A program made the position numbers and the translations under genes. A stretch of DNA of 64,000 nt from Patescibacteria group bacterium (GTDB lineage Bacteria > Patescibacteriota > Patescibacteriia > SG8-24), in assembly GCA_041667185.1 (NCBI GenBank), contig JBAYFM010000004.1, positions 9,097 to 73,096 on the forward strand. Reading direction: 5' to 3'. Positions 16,356-26,080 of the stretch are shown here, piece after piece; position 1 is the first letter of the stretch, and every line of letters begins with the position of its first letter. A model generated the notes under the pieces. The model was not told the DNA's origin. It saw only the letters and a list, made by a program, of their open reading frames with translations, and made no database searches.

Positions 16356-17183
16356 ATGAAATCGCTCATTCAAAAACAAGTTTTGGCCGTCTGCGAAGTG
16401 CTTGCATTCTGCGCCCTCACTGGTTGCGGGACCGAAGACGAGACCATTGATCCGGACAACCTTCTCGATTCCGTCGACACCGTCGCGCAAGCCCTGGATT
16501 CCGCGCATACGCGCGTAATCCAAGAGTGCTCGCAATCCATGTCCGGCAGCTGGTGGACGTACAACGAGACCAACTGGCCGACGGGGACGACGTACGGGAC
16601 GTATGCGTACATCTCCAACGATCTGGGAGCGTGGGGAAAGTTGTTGGATAACACCTACAACTACGGAATCAGAGGCTGGTGGACGTCGTGCAGAAAGACA
16701 AACTCTCCGCAGACCAACAACTACGGGCCCTGTAGTCTTACGTACGGCGATCTGGACACCGCGAGCCTCTACGATTGCCAAGGCACATGCACGGGCGGCA
16801 TTCACCATCGTGGCGGACAATGCAAGCCATTCATGAACTTGGTGGCGTACCGCTCTGGCACGTACCAAAACCCGGGCTACGCTTGGAAGTCATTCCCGAA
16901 CGACGCCACGATCGCGGCAAGCGACCCCAACGGCACGCTCATGCCTGCGGCGACCTATGCGAATATCGTCGAAGGGGATTACCTCCGGCGACCCTACGGA
17001 CACGCCTTGATCATAGTTCGCAAGATCAGTAGTTCCCAGGTCATCGTGTTGGATTCGAACTGGTCCGGCGGCAACGGGACGGAACAAATCTCATCACATA
17101 GCATGGCCTTCGGCAGCGGCGATAGCGACAGCAATCTGGGTGCCTATCGCGTTCTTAAATGCGCATATACGGGCGGATGTTGA
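16356..17183 (+). CDS. Lipoprotein with C-terminal CHAP / NlpC-P60-like cysteine peptidase-amidase domain (putative cell-wall hydrolase)
   Basis: Internal start MKSLIQKQVLAVCEVLAFCALTGC (lipobox) with AGGAGA RBS. Candidate catalytic Cys in GGQCKPFMNLVAY and His in YGHALIIV, with downstream VIVLDSNW. N-terminal region rich in W, Y and C. Confidence 0.55.
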   Translation: MKSLIQKQVLAVCEVLAFCALTGCGTEDETIDPDNLLDSVDTVAQALDSAHTRVIQECSQSMSGSWWTYNETNWPTGTTYGTYAYISNDLGAWGKLLDNTYNYGIRGWWTSCRKTNSPQTNNYGPCSLTYGDLDTASLYDCQGTCTGGIHHRGGQCKPFMNLVAYRSGTYQNPGYAWKSFPNDATIAASDPNGTLMPAATYANIVEGDYLRRPYGHALIIVRKISSSQVIVLDSNWSGGNGTEQISSHSMAFGSGDSDSNLGAYRVLKCAYTGGC

Positions 17184-17208
17184 TGCTCATGTACATATGA
17201 CGCATTTC

Positions 17209-17238
17209 GGGGAGGGTTTCATGCCTCCCCTTTTTTCT
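17209..17238 (+). terminator. Rho-independent terminator
   Basis: cggggagggtttcatgcctccccttttttctt. Confidence 0.7.
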
Positions 17239-17327
17239 TGAAAGACACTTACTACGAGATGATCTTGCGACATACTGATACAATTAGGATAATAGAGATA
17301 AGAGTGTTAAATGTTTGAGACCGCCTT

Positions 17328-18056
17328 ATGATAAAACGATTGAAAATCACGGTCATCTGCATCCTGACCATCATGGCGCTTGCGCTTGTCTTTGTACGTT
17401 TTGCATTACCGAAGCCATCCACGCCAGCGCCCGCGATTACCAAGGCTCCTCCGGTGCCGGCGGGGTCGTTGGTCGATCTCTCCAAGATCGCCTATGACGC
17501 TAAGACGACCGTTCCTGGTACTGGGGTTACCTTTTCATACCCGAAAGAAGGCTATTACGGGAAAGGTGCACAGTTGGTGAATCAAGTATGGACATCTGAC
17601 CTGAATGTTAATCATGCTTCATTTCCCGAAATCGAGAGCCTTTATTTCACTTCACTTCATGACAGTATTTTGAATGCGCAGCAAATCAGTATTCGAGTGT
17701 TTCGGCTCGAAAAAACAACGGACATTGAGGACGTATTGAACGGATTGGGAATACCCGGACCCTATTACCCCCTTCCAGGACGTTTCGAATCAATCAATGG
17801 AACACGTTACTATCTCCAACCTGGAAAAACCTCGGGCCTCAATCTTTTTATTGTCTACGGATACGACGCGTATACGATCGTAAACGGCCGGCTTCTCATT
17901 GTGTCGTTCCAGGGTGGTTTTGATGCAAGCGATGATAATAAGACCCCTGATCTTGTCATGCAATTTCTCTCGCGCCTGGATTTCTCCTGTACGTCTACGT
18001 CGGATTGCTCAGTAAATTCATCTCCGATCATTGTATCAAAGGGGAACGAGCAATAG
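17328..18056 (+). CDS. Secreted hypothetical protein in a locally low-GC stretch
   Basis: Signal peptide MIKRLKITVICILTIMALALVFV. Codon usage and GC are visibly lower than in neighbours. No motifs recognised. Confidence 0.5.
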   Translation: MIKRLKITVICILTIMALALVFVRFALPKPSTPAPAITKAPPVPAGSLVDLSKIAYDAKTTVPGTGVTFSYPKEGYYGKGAQLVNQVWTSDLNVNHASFPEIESLYFTSLHDSILNAQQISIRVFRLEKTTDIEDVLNGLGIPGPYYPLPGRFESINGTRYYLQPGKTSGLNLFIVYGYDAYTIVNGRLLIVSFQGGFDASDDNKTPDLVMQFLSRLDFSCTSTSDCSVNSSPIIVSKGNEQ

Positions 18057-18174
18057 ATTTGAAAAACCTGATAAGGATGAGACGCGGCTATTTTAAAATG
18101 GAATCGGGCTACATGCCATATCTTGATGCCATGAGCGCGGTTCTAATGTCGTCCACAATGCCCCGCCATCGAAG

Positions 18175-18199
18175 AAACGCCCGAAGAAGGGCGTTTTTT
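18175..18199 (+). terminator. Rho-independent terminator
   Basis: aacgcccgaagaagggcgtttttt. Confidence 0.65.
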
Positions 18200-18215
18200 C
18201 GCATCTCGCCAGGAT

Positions 18216-18270
18216 GCCCGGTTAACACGGGCCGCAGTACTGCGGCCAGACCGAGGGTTCGAATCTCCCG
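18216..18270 (+). pseudogene. Pseudo-tRNA fragment copy 4 (D-loop, palindromic GGCCGCAGTACTGCGGCC arm, T-arm, GCCA; no acceptor stem)
   Basis: gcccggttaacacgggccgcagtactgcggccagaccgagggttcgaatctcccgcca. Confidence 0.55.
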
Positions 18271-18536
18271 CCATGACAGGCGTGGATCCCGCTCACAATA
18301 TCGTAATAACAGAAAGCGGGACCTTCGGACCCACGCACATCATTGACGCGACCCCTGATCTTTGCTTATCTTTAGCAAGCGAAACGGTTCTTTAAAAATT
18401 CATTCATGAGACAGCGCCTCGGGCATAAAGGCCCCCACTCCCGCCGACAGCCGGGTTGTGTCCGGCGCGCTGCCTCATGAAAGAGGAAGCCGCCGGCCGG
18501 AGCGACTCCGGCAGATCCAGAACCCAGGAGATGACG

Positions 18537-19412
18537 ATGACGACGCGATCGATCACGTCCATGACCGACGGACAGCAGAAGCAATTCAGAAGATTCATCG
18601 AAGACGCCGCAGACAAAGCTCTCGCGGAAACCAGCCTCAGCAAAGACGAACTTCAGAGGCTCATCGCGAACGGCGGCAAATTCCAATCGTCCATCATGGC
18701 GGCGATCCGGGAATTCTCCGGCACCCGATTCCTTCGTGAGGAGATCCTCTCTGATTGCACGTACCCGGAAGAATACAAGGGGCCGAAACCGATCTCGGAG
18801 CAAGTCGCGATCCTCTTAGAACGCTTGCCGGCACTCGGGAACGCGACATACGACAAGAAGCTGGCCACACGGCCGCTGCCGCCGAACACCGAAGGGTGGT
18901 TCGCTATCCCGAGGTGGGAGAAGCTGGGATCCTCCTACACCGATGCCGTGGAAAGAATGTTCAGATCCTTCTGGCCCACGTGGAATTTCAATATCCATCA
19001 CCGCCCGATCGGAAGAAGCCATCTGCGCCAGCTCGCCGAGACGACGCGGGCCTTCCAGAGACTCGGCGACGAGCAGTTCGGACACGACATCCTCGTCGTC
19101 CCCGCCCAATTCGGTCTTCGCCACCGCGGCCGTTCGGCTCGCCGGGCCCGCGAGACGATGAATGTCGACGAATTCGCTCTCGGCGTGTTCGCTGTGGGAT
19201 GCATGCTTCTGACTCATCCTGAGCGGCAGCAGCTGATCAAGCAGAAACAGCTCCAGGTCGACTGCGCTGGCGACGAGTACGCCATTGATGCTGATCAGTT
19301 CTTCTTTGCGCCATCCTTGGCTTTCAACCGAAAAGAAGCTTACCTCGGCGTCTCCGAGGATAGCGCGGTCTACAACGATTTCGGCGTCGCGTCAGGCTTC
19401 CTCTTGCTGTAA
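18537..19412 (+). CDS. Hypothetical protein
   Basis: Start chosen at the second ATG (MTTRSITS...), 6 nt after AGGAG. No recognised motifs. Confidence 0.4.
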   Translation: MTTRSITSMTDGQQKQFRRFIEDAADKALAETSLSKDELQRLIANGGKFQSSIMAAIREFSGTRFLREEILSDCTYPEEYKGPKPISEQVAILLERLPALGNATYDKKLATRPLPPNTEGWFAIPRWEKLGSSYTDAVERMFRSFWPTWNFNIHHRPIGRSHLRQLAETTRAFQRLGDEQFGHDILVVPAQFGLRHRGRSARRARETMNVDEFALGVFAVGCMLLTHPERQQLIKQKQLQVDCAGDEYAIDADQFFFAPSLAFNRKEAYLGVSEDSAVYNDFGVASGFLLL

Positions 19413-19424
19413 CCGCTCCTTAAC

Positions 19425-19460
19425 CGGCCGCCCGCAACGCAACGCGGGTGGCCTTTTTCT
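19425..19460 (+). terminator. Rho-independent terminator
   Basis: ggccgcccgcaacgcaacgcgggtggccttttt. Confidence 0.65.
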
Positions 19461-19533
19461 TTTGCGCCAGGATTGACAAGAGCGGTTTTTTATGCTATAT
19501 TTAGAGCAGTAATTGAATTTTGAGGCCAAAATT

Positions 19534-20340
19534 ATGCTCGAACGTATGACTCCTTCGCAATTCGACATCAACAAAGCGAGCGACGACGAGCTGGCCAAGG
19601 CTGTTGAAATTCCCGCCGCGCAGAAACAGGAAACCAGACTGAGCCCGGCTGACCGGGCCCGGCAGGCCGTTTCCAAAGCGAGCCGCGAGATCCTCGATCT
19701 GAAGATCCACGGCGCCAAGCAAGGCATTCCGGATGAACTCCAGGAGAAGATCGTCGAGGCGCGGCGCCAGAACGCCATTGCCGAGACCATCGCGGCTGAT
19801 CCGACTCTGGACGCCGCGGCGGCCGAAACCATGATCGCCGAATACCTGCAGATGCAGGAGACGGAGCACGAGCTCGCCACCAAAAAAAGCGGGCAGATCG
19901 ACATCTCGGACGCGGAGATCGACAGCCTCGGAGCCGGTCTGGGCGAGGAACTGGCCGTGACCACGGAGCGTTCGTCGGCCGATCAATTGAAACTCGCGGC
20001 GAGCGCCGAGAAGCGCGCCATGGACACGGAAGAGAAATTCCAGGCCGACACGACCGCTTTCCGCCAGAACGCCGAGGTCCAAAAATTCGTCGAAGACAAC
20101 ATCCGCGGCGCCGCGGACGAATGGGATACGAACCTGCCGGGCAAACAACTGGAACTGGCCGCACGCCTCGGCAGCAACAACAAGGAAATGACCCACGCCG
20201 CCATGCAGGCCATCGATTCGCTGATCAAGGAGAAATTGCAGCGGATCAAGGGAGCTCAAGAGATCGCCGCCGAACCGAGTCTCGATCTCGGCTCAGCCAA
20301 TGACGACGAACTGGATTCCGCGCTCGACAAACTCGGCTGA
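19534..20340 (+). CDS. Acidic helical hypothetical protein
   Basis: Start MLERMTPSQ with GAGG upstream. Highly acidic, Ala/Glu/Leu-rich. Confidence 0.4.
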   Translation: MLERMTPSQFDINKASDDELAKAVEIPAAQKQETRLSPADRARQAVSKASREILDLKIHGAKQGIPDELQEKIVEARRQNAIAETIAADPTLDAAAAETMIAEYLQMQETEHELATKKSGQIDISDAEIDSLGAGLGEELAVTTERSSADQLKLAASAEKRAMDTEEKFQADTTAFRQNAEVQKFVEDNIRGAADEWDTNLPGKQLELAARLGSNNKEMTHAAMQAIDSLIKEKLQRIKGAQEIAAEPSLDLGSANDDELDSALDKLG

Positions 20341-20353
20341 AACAACGTTAAAA

Positions 20354-20378
20354 CACCCCGCTCCAGGCGGGGTGTTTT
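20354..20378. terminator. Bidirectional terminator hairpin between convergent genes
   Basis: aaaacaccccgctccaggcggggtgtttt. Confidence 0.7.
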
Positions 20379-20386
20379 GATTCGGA

Positions 20387-22855
20387 CTATTTCTTCTTTT
20401 TGGCGGGCTTACTACGGGCGGCCGGCTTCTTCGCGGCCGGCTTTCGAAGCTGCTCCTCGGTCTCGGCGATCGCCACCGAAGTCTTAAGCAGCGAATCCGG
20501 ATTGAGCGAGATACTGTCGATCCCCTCCCGCACCAGGAACTGCGCGAACTCCGGATAATCCGACGGCGCCTGGCCGCAGATACCGATCTTCACCTTCTTC
20601 TCCTTGGCGACGCGGATGACGTGCCGCAGCGAATCATAGACCGCGTCATTCCTCTCGTCGTACAGCCGGCTGACGAACTGGGAATCGCGATCGACGCCGA
20701 GCGTGAGCTGTGTCAGGTCGTTCGACCCAATGCTGAAACCGTCGAAGATCTCCGCGAACTTGTCGGCTAGGATGATGTTCGACGGGATCTCGACCATTAC
20801 GTAGACCCTGAAGCCGTCCTTGCCCCGGACCAAGCCGGCTTCGGCCATGGTCGCGAGCACTTTCCTGCCCTCCTCCGGCGTGCGGCAGAACGGGATCATG
20901 ACGATGAGATTCTTGAGCCCCATCTCCTCGCGCACTTTCCGCACGGCCCGGCACTCGAGCAGGAACGCGGCTTTGTACTTCTCGTCGTAATACCGCGAGG
21001 CGCCGCGCCAACCGATCATCGGATTGGACTCGACCGGTTCGTAGGCGCGCCCGCCGATGAGATTGGCGTACTCGTTAGTCTTGAAATCAGACATGCGGAC
21101 GATGACGTCCTTCGGATTGAAGGCGGCCGCGAGCCGTCCGATGCCCTCGGCCAGCCGGTCAACGAAGAAGCCCGTCTTGTCGGCGTAACCCCGGGTGATC
21201 TCGTCGATCTTGGCGCGCGTCTCGTCGTCCTGCTTGTCGTAATTCAGGAGCGCCAGCGGGTGGACCTTGATGTAATTGGTGAAGATGAACTCCGTGCGGG
21301 CGAGGCCGACGCCACGCTGGGGCAGAAACGAATATTCGAAAGCCAGCTCCGGCTCGCCGACGTTCAGCATGAGCGCGGTCTCCGGGATCTTGAAGCCTTT
21401 GAGTTTGGTGCGGCGCATTTCGAACGGCAGCAGCCCCTCGTAGATCTTGCCCTGCTCGCCCTCGGCGCAGGAGACCGTGACTTCCTGGCCATCCTTCAGG
21501 ACCGCTGTCCCGTTCACGGTCGCGACGACCGCCGGCGTGCCCATCTCGCGCGAGACGATGGCCGCGTGGCAGGTCCGGCCGCCGCTATTGGTGATGATGG
21601 CCGCGGCTTTCTTCATGATCGGCACCCAGTCCGGATCGGTCATCTCGGTCACGAGCACTTCGCCCTCCTGGAATTTGACCATGTCGTGGACGTCCTTGAT
21701 GACCCGCACTTTGCCGGAACCGATCTTCGAACCGATGGACAGGCCGGTGGCCAGGATCCGGCCGCGCTTCTTCAGCAGATATTCCTCGATGACGTTGAGG
21801 TCGCGTTCGGCCTGGACCGTCTCCGGCCGCGCCTGGACGATGAAGAGCTCGCCGGTCTTGCCGTCCTTGGCCCACTCCATGTCCATAGGCTGCAGGTGGC
21901 CGGCGCGCTTGGAATAATATTCCTCGATCATCGTGCCCCACTTCGCGAGCTTCAGGATCTCGTCGTCGGTCAGACAGAAACGCTGACGATCCTCGGCGGA
22001 AACCGGCACGGTCCGGATGGTCGAACCGCCCTCAAGACTGTAAATGATCTTAGTCTCCTTCATACCCAGCGTCTTGCCGACGATCGGCCGGAAACCCTGG
22101 AGCAGGGTCGGCTTGTAGACGTAGAACTGGTCCGGATTGACCTTGCCCTGGACCACGCTCTCGCCGAGGCCGTACGCGCCGTTGATCAGGATCGCGTCCT
22201 TGAAACCGGATTCCGTGTCGATCGAGAACATCACGCCGGCGCAGGAGAGATCGGAACGGACCATCTTTTGAACGCCGACCGATAGCGCCACTTTCATGTG
22301 ATTGAAGCCTTTCTCAACGCGATAGACGATGGCGCGGTTGGTGAAAAGCGACGCGAAGCAGCGTTTGACCGCGTCCTGCAGAGCGAAGTCGCCCTTGATG
22401 TTGAGATAGGTATCCTGCTGGCCGGCGAAAGAAGCGCCCGGCAGATCCTCCGCGGTCGCCGAAGACCGGACGGCCGTATCCACTTCCTGGCCGCCATAGC
22501 GGGCGCACATCTTCTTGTAAGCCGCGGAAATGGCCTGGCGCAATTCCGGCGAAACCTCGGCCGCGAGAATCGCCTGGCGCACGAGTCCGCCGCGCTCGGC
22601 CAGATCCTCGACATCCTTGACGTCCAGACCCTTGAGGATCGCCGCAATCTTCGGCCGGATGCCAGCGTGGTCGAGGAAATGCCAGTAAGCCGCGGAGGTC
22701 ACGGCAAAACCGTCGGGAATCGGGATGCCGCGCCTGGTGAGATTCTGGAACATCTCGCCCAAGGAGGCGTTCTTGCCGCCGACGATGGCGACGTCATCCA
22801 TGTCGATCTCGCTGAAGAATTTGATGAACGGCGCGGCGACTGGCTTCTTGGACAT
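20387..22855 (-). CDS. ppsA: Phosphoenolpyruvate synthase (pyruvate, water dikinase)
   Basis: N-terminal VAIVGGKNASLGEM. Phosphohistidine region GGRTCHAAIVSREMGTPAVV. Its 822-aa length and PEP-utilising C-terminal TIM-barrel domain are consistent with ppsA. Confidence 0.85.
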   Translation of the reverse strand: MSKKPVAAPFIKFFSEIDMDDVAIVGGKNASLGEMFQNLTRRGIPIPDGFAVTSAAYWHFLDHAGIRPKIAAILKGLDVKDVEDLAERGGLVRQAILAAEVSPELRQAISAAYKKMCARYGGQEVDTAVRSSATAEDLPGASFAGQQDTYLNIKGDFALQDAVKRCFASLFTNRAIVYRVEKGFNHMKVALSVGVQKMVRSDLSCAGVMFSIDTESGFKDAILINGAYGLGESVVQGKVNPDQFYVYKPTLLQGFRPIVGKTLGMKETKIIYSLEGGSTIRTVPVSAEDRQRFCLTDDEILKLAKWGTMIEEYYSKRAGHLQPMDMEWAKDGKTGELFIVQARPETVQAERDLNVIEEYLLKKRGRILATGLSIGSKIGSGKVRVIKDVHDMVKFQEGEVLVTEMTDPDWVPIMKKAAAIITNSGGRTCHAAIVSREMGTPAVVATVNGTAVLKDGQEVTVSCAEGEQGKIYEGLLPFEMRRTKLKGFKIPETALMLNVGEPELAFEYSFLPQRGVGLARTEFIFTNYIKVHPLALLNYDKQDDETRAKIDEITRGYADKTGFFVDRLAEGIGRLAAAFNPKDVIVRMSDFKTNEYANLIGGRAYEPVESNPMIGWRGASRYYDEKYKAAFLLECRAVRKVREEMGLKNLIVMIPFCRTPEEGRKVLATMAEAGLVRGKDGFRVYVMVEIPSNIILADKFAEIFDGFSIGSNDLTQLTLGVDRDSQFVSRLYDERNDAVYDSLRHVIRVAKEKKVKIGICGQAPSDYPEFAQFLVREGIDSISLNPDSLLKTSVAIAETEEQLRKPAAKKPAARSKPAKKKK

Positions 22856-22902
22856 AAGATGAACGGATGACGCCAGCCCCGGCGGCCGGCGTCGTTTTTT
22901 AT

Positions 22903-24354
22903 CTATTCGATCGATTTAAGTTCGATGAGATTGAGGCCGCCCGAAGAACCGACCGGTTCGCCGGCGATGGCGATGATAAGGTCGCCTTTTTTGACGGCTT
23001 TGACCTTCTTCATGTAGCCGATGGAGCGGTCGATGAGTTCCTCGATGGAGTGGCAGCGCGGCAGCAGGAACGGCACGACGCCCCAGGACAGATTGAGCTG
23101 ATGCCGGACGCGCTCGGAATCGGTGGAGACGTAGATCGGCATCTCTGGACGGTAGCGGCTGACGATGCGGCCGGCGTTGCCGGAAAGCGAGGCGACGAGG
23201 ATCAGTTTGGCCTTGGTGTCGCGGGCCAGGATGTTGGCCACGCCGGACACGGCTTCTTCGGAACTGGACTTGCCGGACAGGAAACCAGGCTCGCGTTCGG
23301 TGTTGTCATATTCCGACATCTCGGTCTCGTGGATGATCTTGGCCATGGTGCTGACCGCCTCGACCGGATACTTGCCGGAAGCGGTCTCGCCAGAAAGCAT
23401 CACCGCGTCGGTGTGATCGATGACCGCGTTCGCGACGTCCGAGACCTCGGCGCGGGTCGGCCGCGGATTCCGCATCATGGAATCGAGCATCTGGGTCGCG
23501 ACGATGACCGGCTTGCCGGCCGCGCGGCACTTGTCGATGATGCGTTTCTGAATGAGCGGCACTTCCTCCGCCGGCATCTCGATGCCGAGATCGCCGCGCG
23601 CGACCATGATACCATCGACCGCTTCGATGATCTCGTCGATATGCTTCACAGCCTCGTGTTTCTCGATCTTGGCGATGATGCGGATCGGCGGGACGTAAAC
23701 ATAGCTGCCGCCGAGCTTGGCCTTGTGATCCTCGATCAGGTAGCGCAGGTCGTAGACCTCCTTGGCCGACCGGACGAAAGACAGCGCGATCCAATCCACG
23801 TGATGCTCCACGCCGAACTCGACGTCCGCCGCGTCCTTCTCGGTGATTGCTGGAATGGACAGCGTTGCGGTCGGCAGGTTGATACCCTTATGCGACGTCA
23901 GGATCCCGCCGGTCACGACCTCGCAGGTGATATCCCGGCCTTTGACTCCGATGACGCGCACATCCATGAGACCGTCGTCCAGGAGCAGCCGGTCGCCGCT
24001 TTTCACATCTTCATGCAGCTTCTCATAACCGACCGGGATCTTCGGCGGCGCGGCCAGGCGGTCGGTCGTGAACACGACCTTCGTCCGCGGCACAAGTTTG
24101 ACGCCTTCCGCGGGCAGATTGCCGATCCGCACTTTCGGTCCCTGGAGATCTTGAAGAATAGCCACGGGCTCGTTGGTCTGGCTCGAAAGCATCCGCAACG
24201 CGCCGATGAGCTTGGCGTGCTCTTCGTGAGTGCCATGGGAAAAATTCAGCCGAGCGACGTTCATGCCGGCGCGAACCATGGCCGTGAGAGTGCTCGGGCT
24301 GCCGGAAGCCGGCCCAATGGTGCAGACGATCTTGGTTCTCTTATTTTGGCTCAT
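22903..24354 (-). CDS. pyk: Pyruvate kinase (start taken at internal MSQNKRTKIVCTIGPA)
   Basis: KIVCTIGPASGS...AGMNVARLNFSHG..., then the MGYxxxD-like core. The long ORF has a non-homologous N-terminal extension. Confidence 0.85.
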   Translation of the reverse strand: MSQNKRTKIVCTIGPASGSPSTLTAMVRAGMNVARLNFSHGTHEEHAKLIGALRMLSSQTNEPVAILQDLQGPKVRIGNLPAEGVKLVPRTKVVFTTDRLAAPPKIPVGYEKLHEDVKSGDRLLLDDGLMDVRVIGVKGRDITCEVVTGGILTSHKGINLPTATLSIPAITEKDAADVEFGVEHHVDWIALSFVRSAKEVYDLRYLIEDHKAKLGGSYVYVPPIRIIAKIEKHEAVKHIDEIIEAVDGIMVARGDLGIEMPAEEVPLIQKRIIDKCRAAGKPVIVATQMLDSMMRNPRPTRAEVSDVANAVIDHTDAVMLSGETASGKYPVEAVSTMAKIIHETEMSEYDNTEREPGFLSGKSSSEEAVSGVANILARDTKAKLILVASLSGNAGRIVSRYRPEMPIYVSTDSERVRHQLNLSWGVVPFLLPRCHSIEELIDRSIGYMKKVKAVKKGDLIIAIAGEPVGSSGGLNLIELKSIE

Positions 24355-24528
24355 AAGGCGGTTGAGGCAGGCTGTCTGTGAGGTTGCGTCCGCCGAGCTT
24401 AGCTTCAGCGCGACTTCTCGAATAATTATACCAAAAATCAGCCTCCGGCAGAATGGCTGTCTGTCTTCTGACGGATACAAAAACCACCGAGCTGATCTCG
24501 GTGGTTCGCCATTATGCAATCTCTGCGC

Positions 24529-25770
24529 TTAACCCATCTTGCGCCTGATGAAGGCTGGGATCTCCAGATCCTCTTCGGCCGCCGGTTCTTCAGCCCGATT
24601 ATCCCGGATGCCGGCCAGGACGCGTTTGACGAATGGAGCGGTCGACGCAGCCTGTTCGGCGGCTGCCGGAGCGGCTTCCGCCGCTTTGACCTTGACCGTC
24701 TGGCGCGGCTGTTCTTCAACAGCCGCGGCCGAAGCGCGGCCGTCCTTGGTCAGAAAACGATTGGCCGAATAGCCAGCCTGGTCAGCGGCGCCTTTTTCCT
24801 GGCGCAACATCTTGCGCTCGCCGTCGAATCCGGTCGCGATGACGCAGACCTTGACCTCGTCCTTCATGGATTCGTCGATGACCGTGCCGAAGATGACCTT
24901 GGCGGTCTCATGGGCGTTCGAGGTGATGATCTTGGCCGCCTCCGAAACCTCATGCATGCCGAGCTTGCTGCTGCCGGTGATGGTAAAGAGAACGCCACGA
25001 GCCCCCTCGATCGAAACCTCGAGCAGCGGGCTTGAAACGGCGCGTTTAGCGGCCTCCACGGCCCGATTCTCGCCGGAAGCGCGACCGATGCCCATGAGCG
25101 CGGTGCCGGAACCGTTCATGATCGCCCGGACATCGGCGAAATCGACATTGATGAGTCCGGGAACGGTGATGACCTCGGAAATGCCCTGAACACCCTGGCG
25201 CAACACGTCGTCAACGGTCTCAAAAGCATCCAAAAGCGAAGTGTTCTTATCGACGATCTGCAACACGCGATCGTTCGGGATGGTGATGATGGTATCGACC
25301 TGATTGGCCAGTTCGGCATGAGCGCGTTCGGCGATATCGCGGCGCTGGGCGCCTTCGAAACTGAACGGTTTCGTGACCACGGCGACGGTGAGGGCCCCGA
25401 GATCGCGGGCGATCTCCGCGACGAGCGGCGAGCCGCCGGATCCGGTGCCGCCGCCGAGACCGCAGGTGATGAAGACCATGTCCGCGCCCTTGAGCGCGTC
25501 ACGGATCTCGTTCTGGCTCTCTTCGGCAGCCGTGCGCCCCAGTTCCGGATTCATGCCGGCGCCGAGACCGCGCGTCGCGGCCTTGCCGAGATGGATCTTC
25601 TGCGGCGCCTGCGAGTAATGCAAAGCCTGCACGTCGGTATTGGCGGCGATGAATTCAACGCCCTTGATCTTCGACTGGATCATCCGGTTGACCGCGGAAT
25701 TACCGCTGCCGCCGATGCCGATCACTTTAATCTTGGCGAACGTTTCGATTGCTGGTTTGACCTCGGCCAT
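24529..25770 (-). CDS. ftsZ: Cell division protein FtsZ
   Basis: [17 protein letters not shown] and [18 protein letters not shown] tubulin signature. Confidence 0.95.
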   Translation of the reverse strand: MAEVKPAIETFAKIKVIGIGGSGNSAVNRMIQSKIKGVEFIAANTDVQALHYSQAPQKIHLGKAATRGLGAGMNPELGRTAAEESQNEIRDALKGADMVFITCGLGGGTGSGGSPLVAEIARDLGALTVAVVTKPFSFEGAQRRDIAERAHAELANQVDTIITIPNDRVLQIVDKNTSLLDAFETVDDVLRQGVQGISEVITVPGLINVDFADVRAIMNGSGTALMGIGRASGENRAVEAAKRAVSSPLLEVSIEGARGVLFTITGSSKLGMHEVSEAAKIITSNAHETAKVIFGTVIDESMKDEVKVCVIATGFDGERKMLRQEKGAADQAGYSANRFLTKDGRASAAAVEEQPRQTVKVKAAEAAPAAAEQAASTAPFVKRVLAGIRDNRAEEPAAEEDLEIPAFIRRKMG

Positions 25771-25924
25771 AAAAAAATGTGGTTGTCGCGTCCCCGCGCC
25801 TGGCGCGCACGGATCGTCTTCGGGGTGATTATTGCTTCGCTAAAACTATAGGCGAGGACGCACTCACGTGTCAAGGCAAAAATCCGCCAAATGAACACAA
25901 AAAATGTTCATTTTGTCCCCAGTG

Positions 25925-26030
25925 GTTGCGCGAGAGAGACGGAGTCAGGGAGTTTAAGAGTGCGGGAGTTCAGGAGTGCTGGAGTGCTGAAGGATGCCGG
26001 AACTTCCCCGCTCCTCAACTCCCCCACTTC
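25925..26030. repeat. Intergenic repeat locus F between ftsA and ftsZ
   Basis: gagagacggagtcagggagtttaagagtgcgggagttcaggagtgctggagtgctgaagg... Confidence 0.55.
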
Positions 26031-26080
26031 CAACTAAAAAACCGCTCCATAGAGCGGCTCTTCTAGTTACTAGTTGCTAA

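Noticed and set aside
21260-24381. Long plus-strand ORFs (341 aa, 504 aa and others) inside ppsA and pyk
   Set aside because: Antisense to strongly supported enzyme genes. Composition bias only.
545-26030. Possibility that the GGAGTGC unit arrays are a CRISPR array
   Set aside because: Units are 7-8 nt with no unique spacers of 25-40 nt and no cas genes. Inconsistent with CRISPR.
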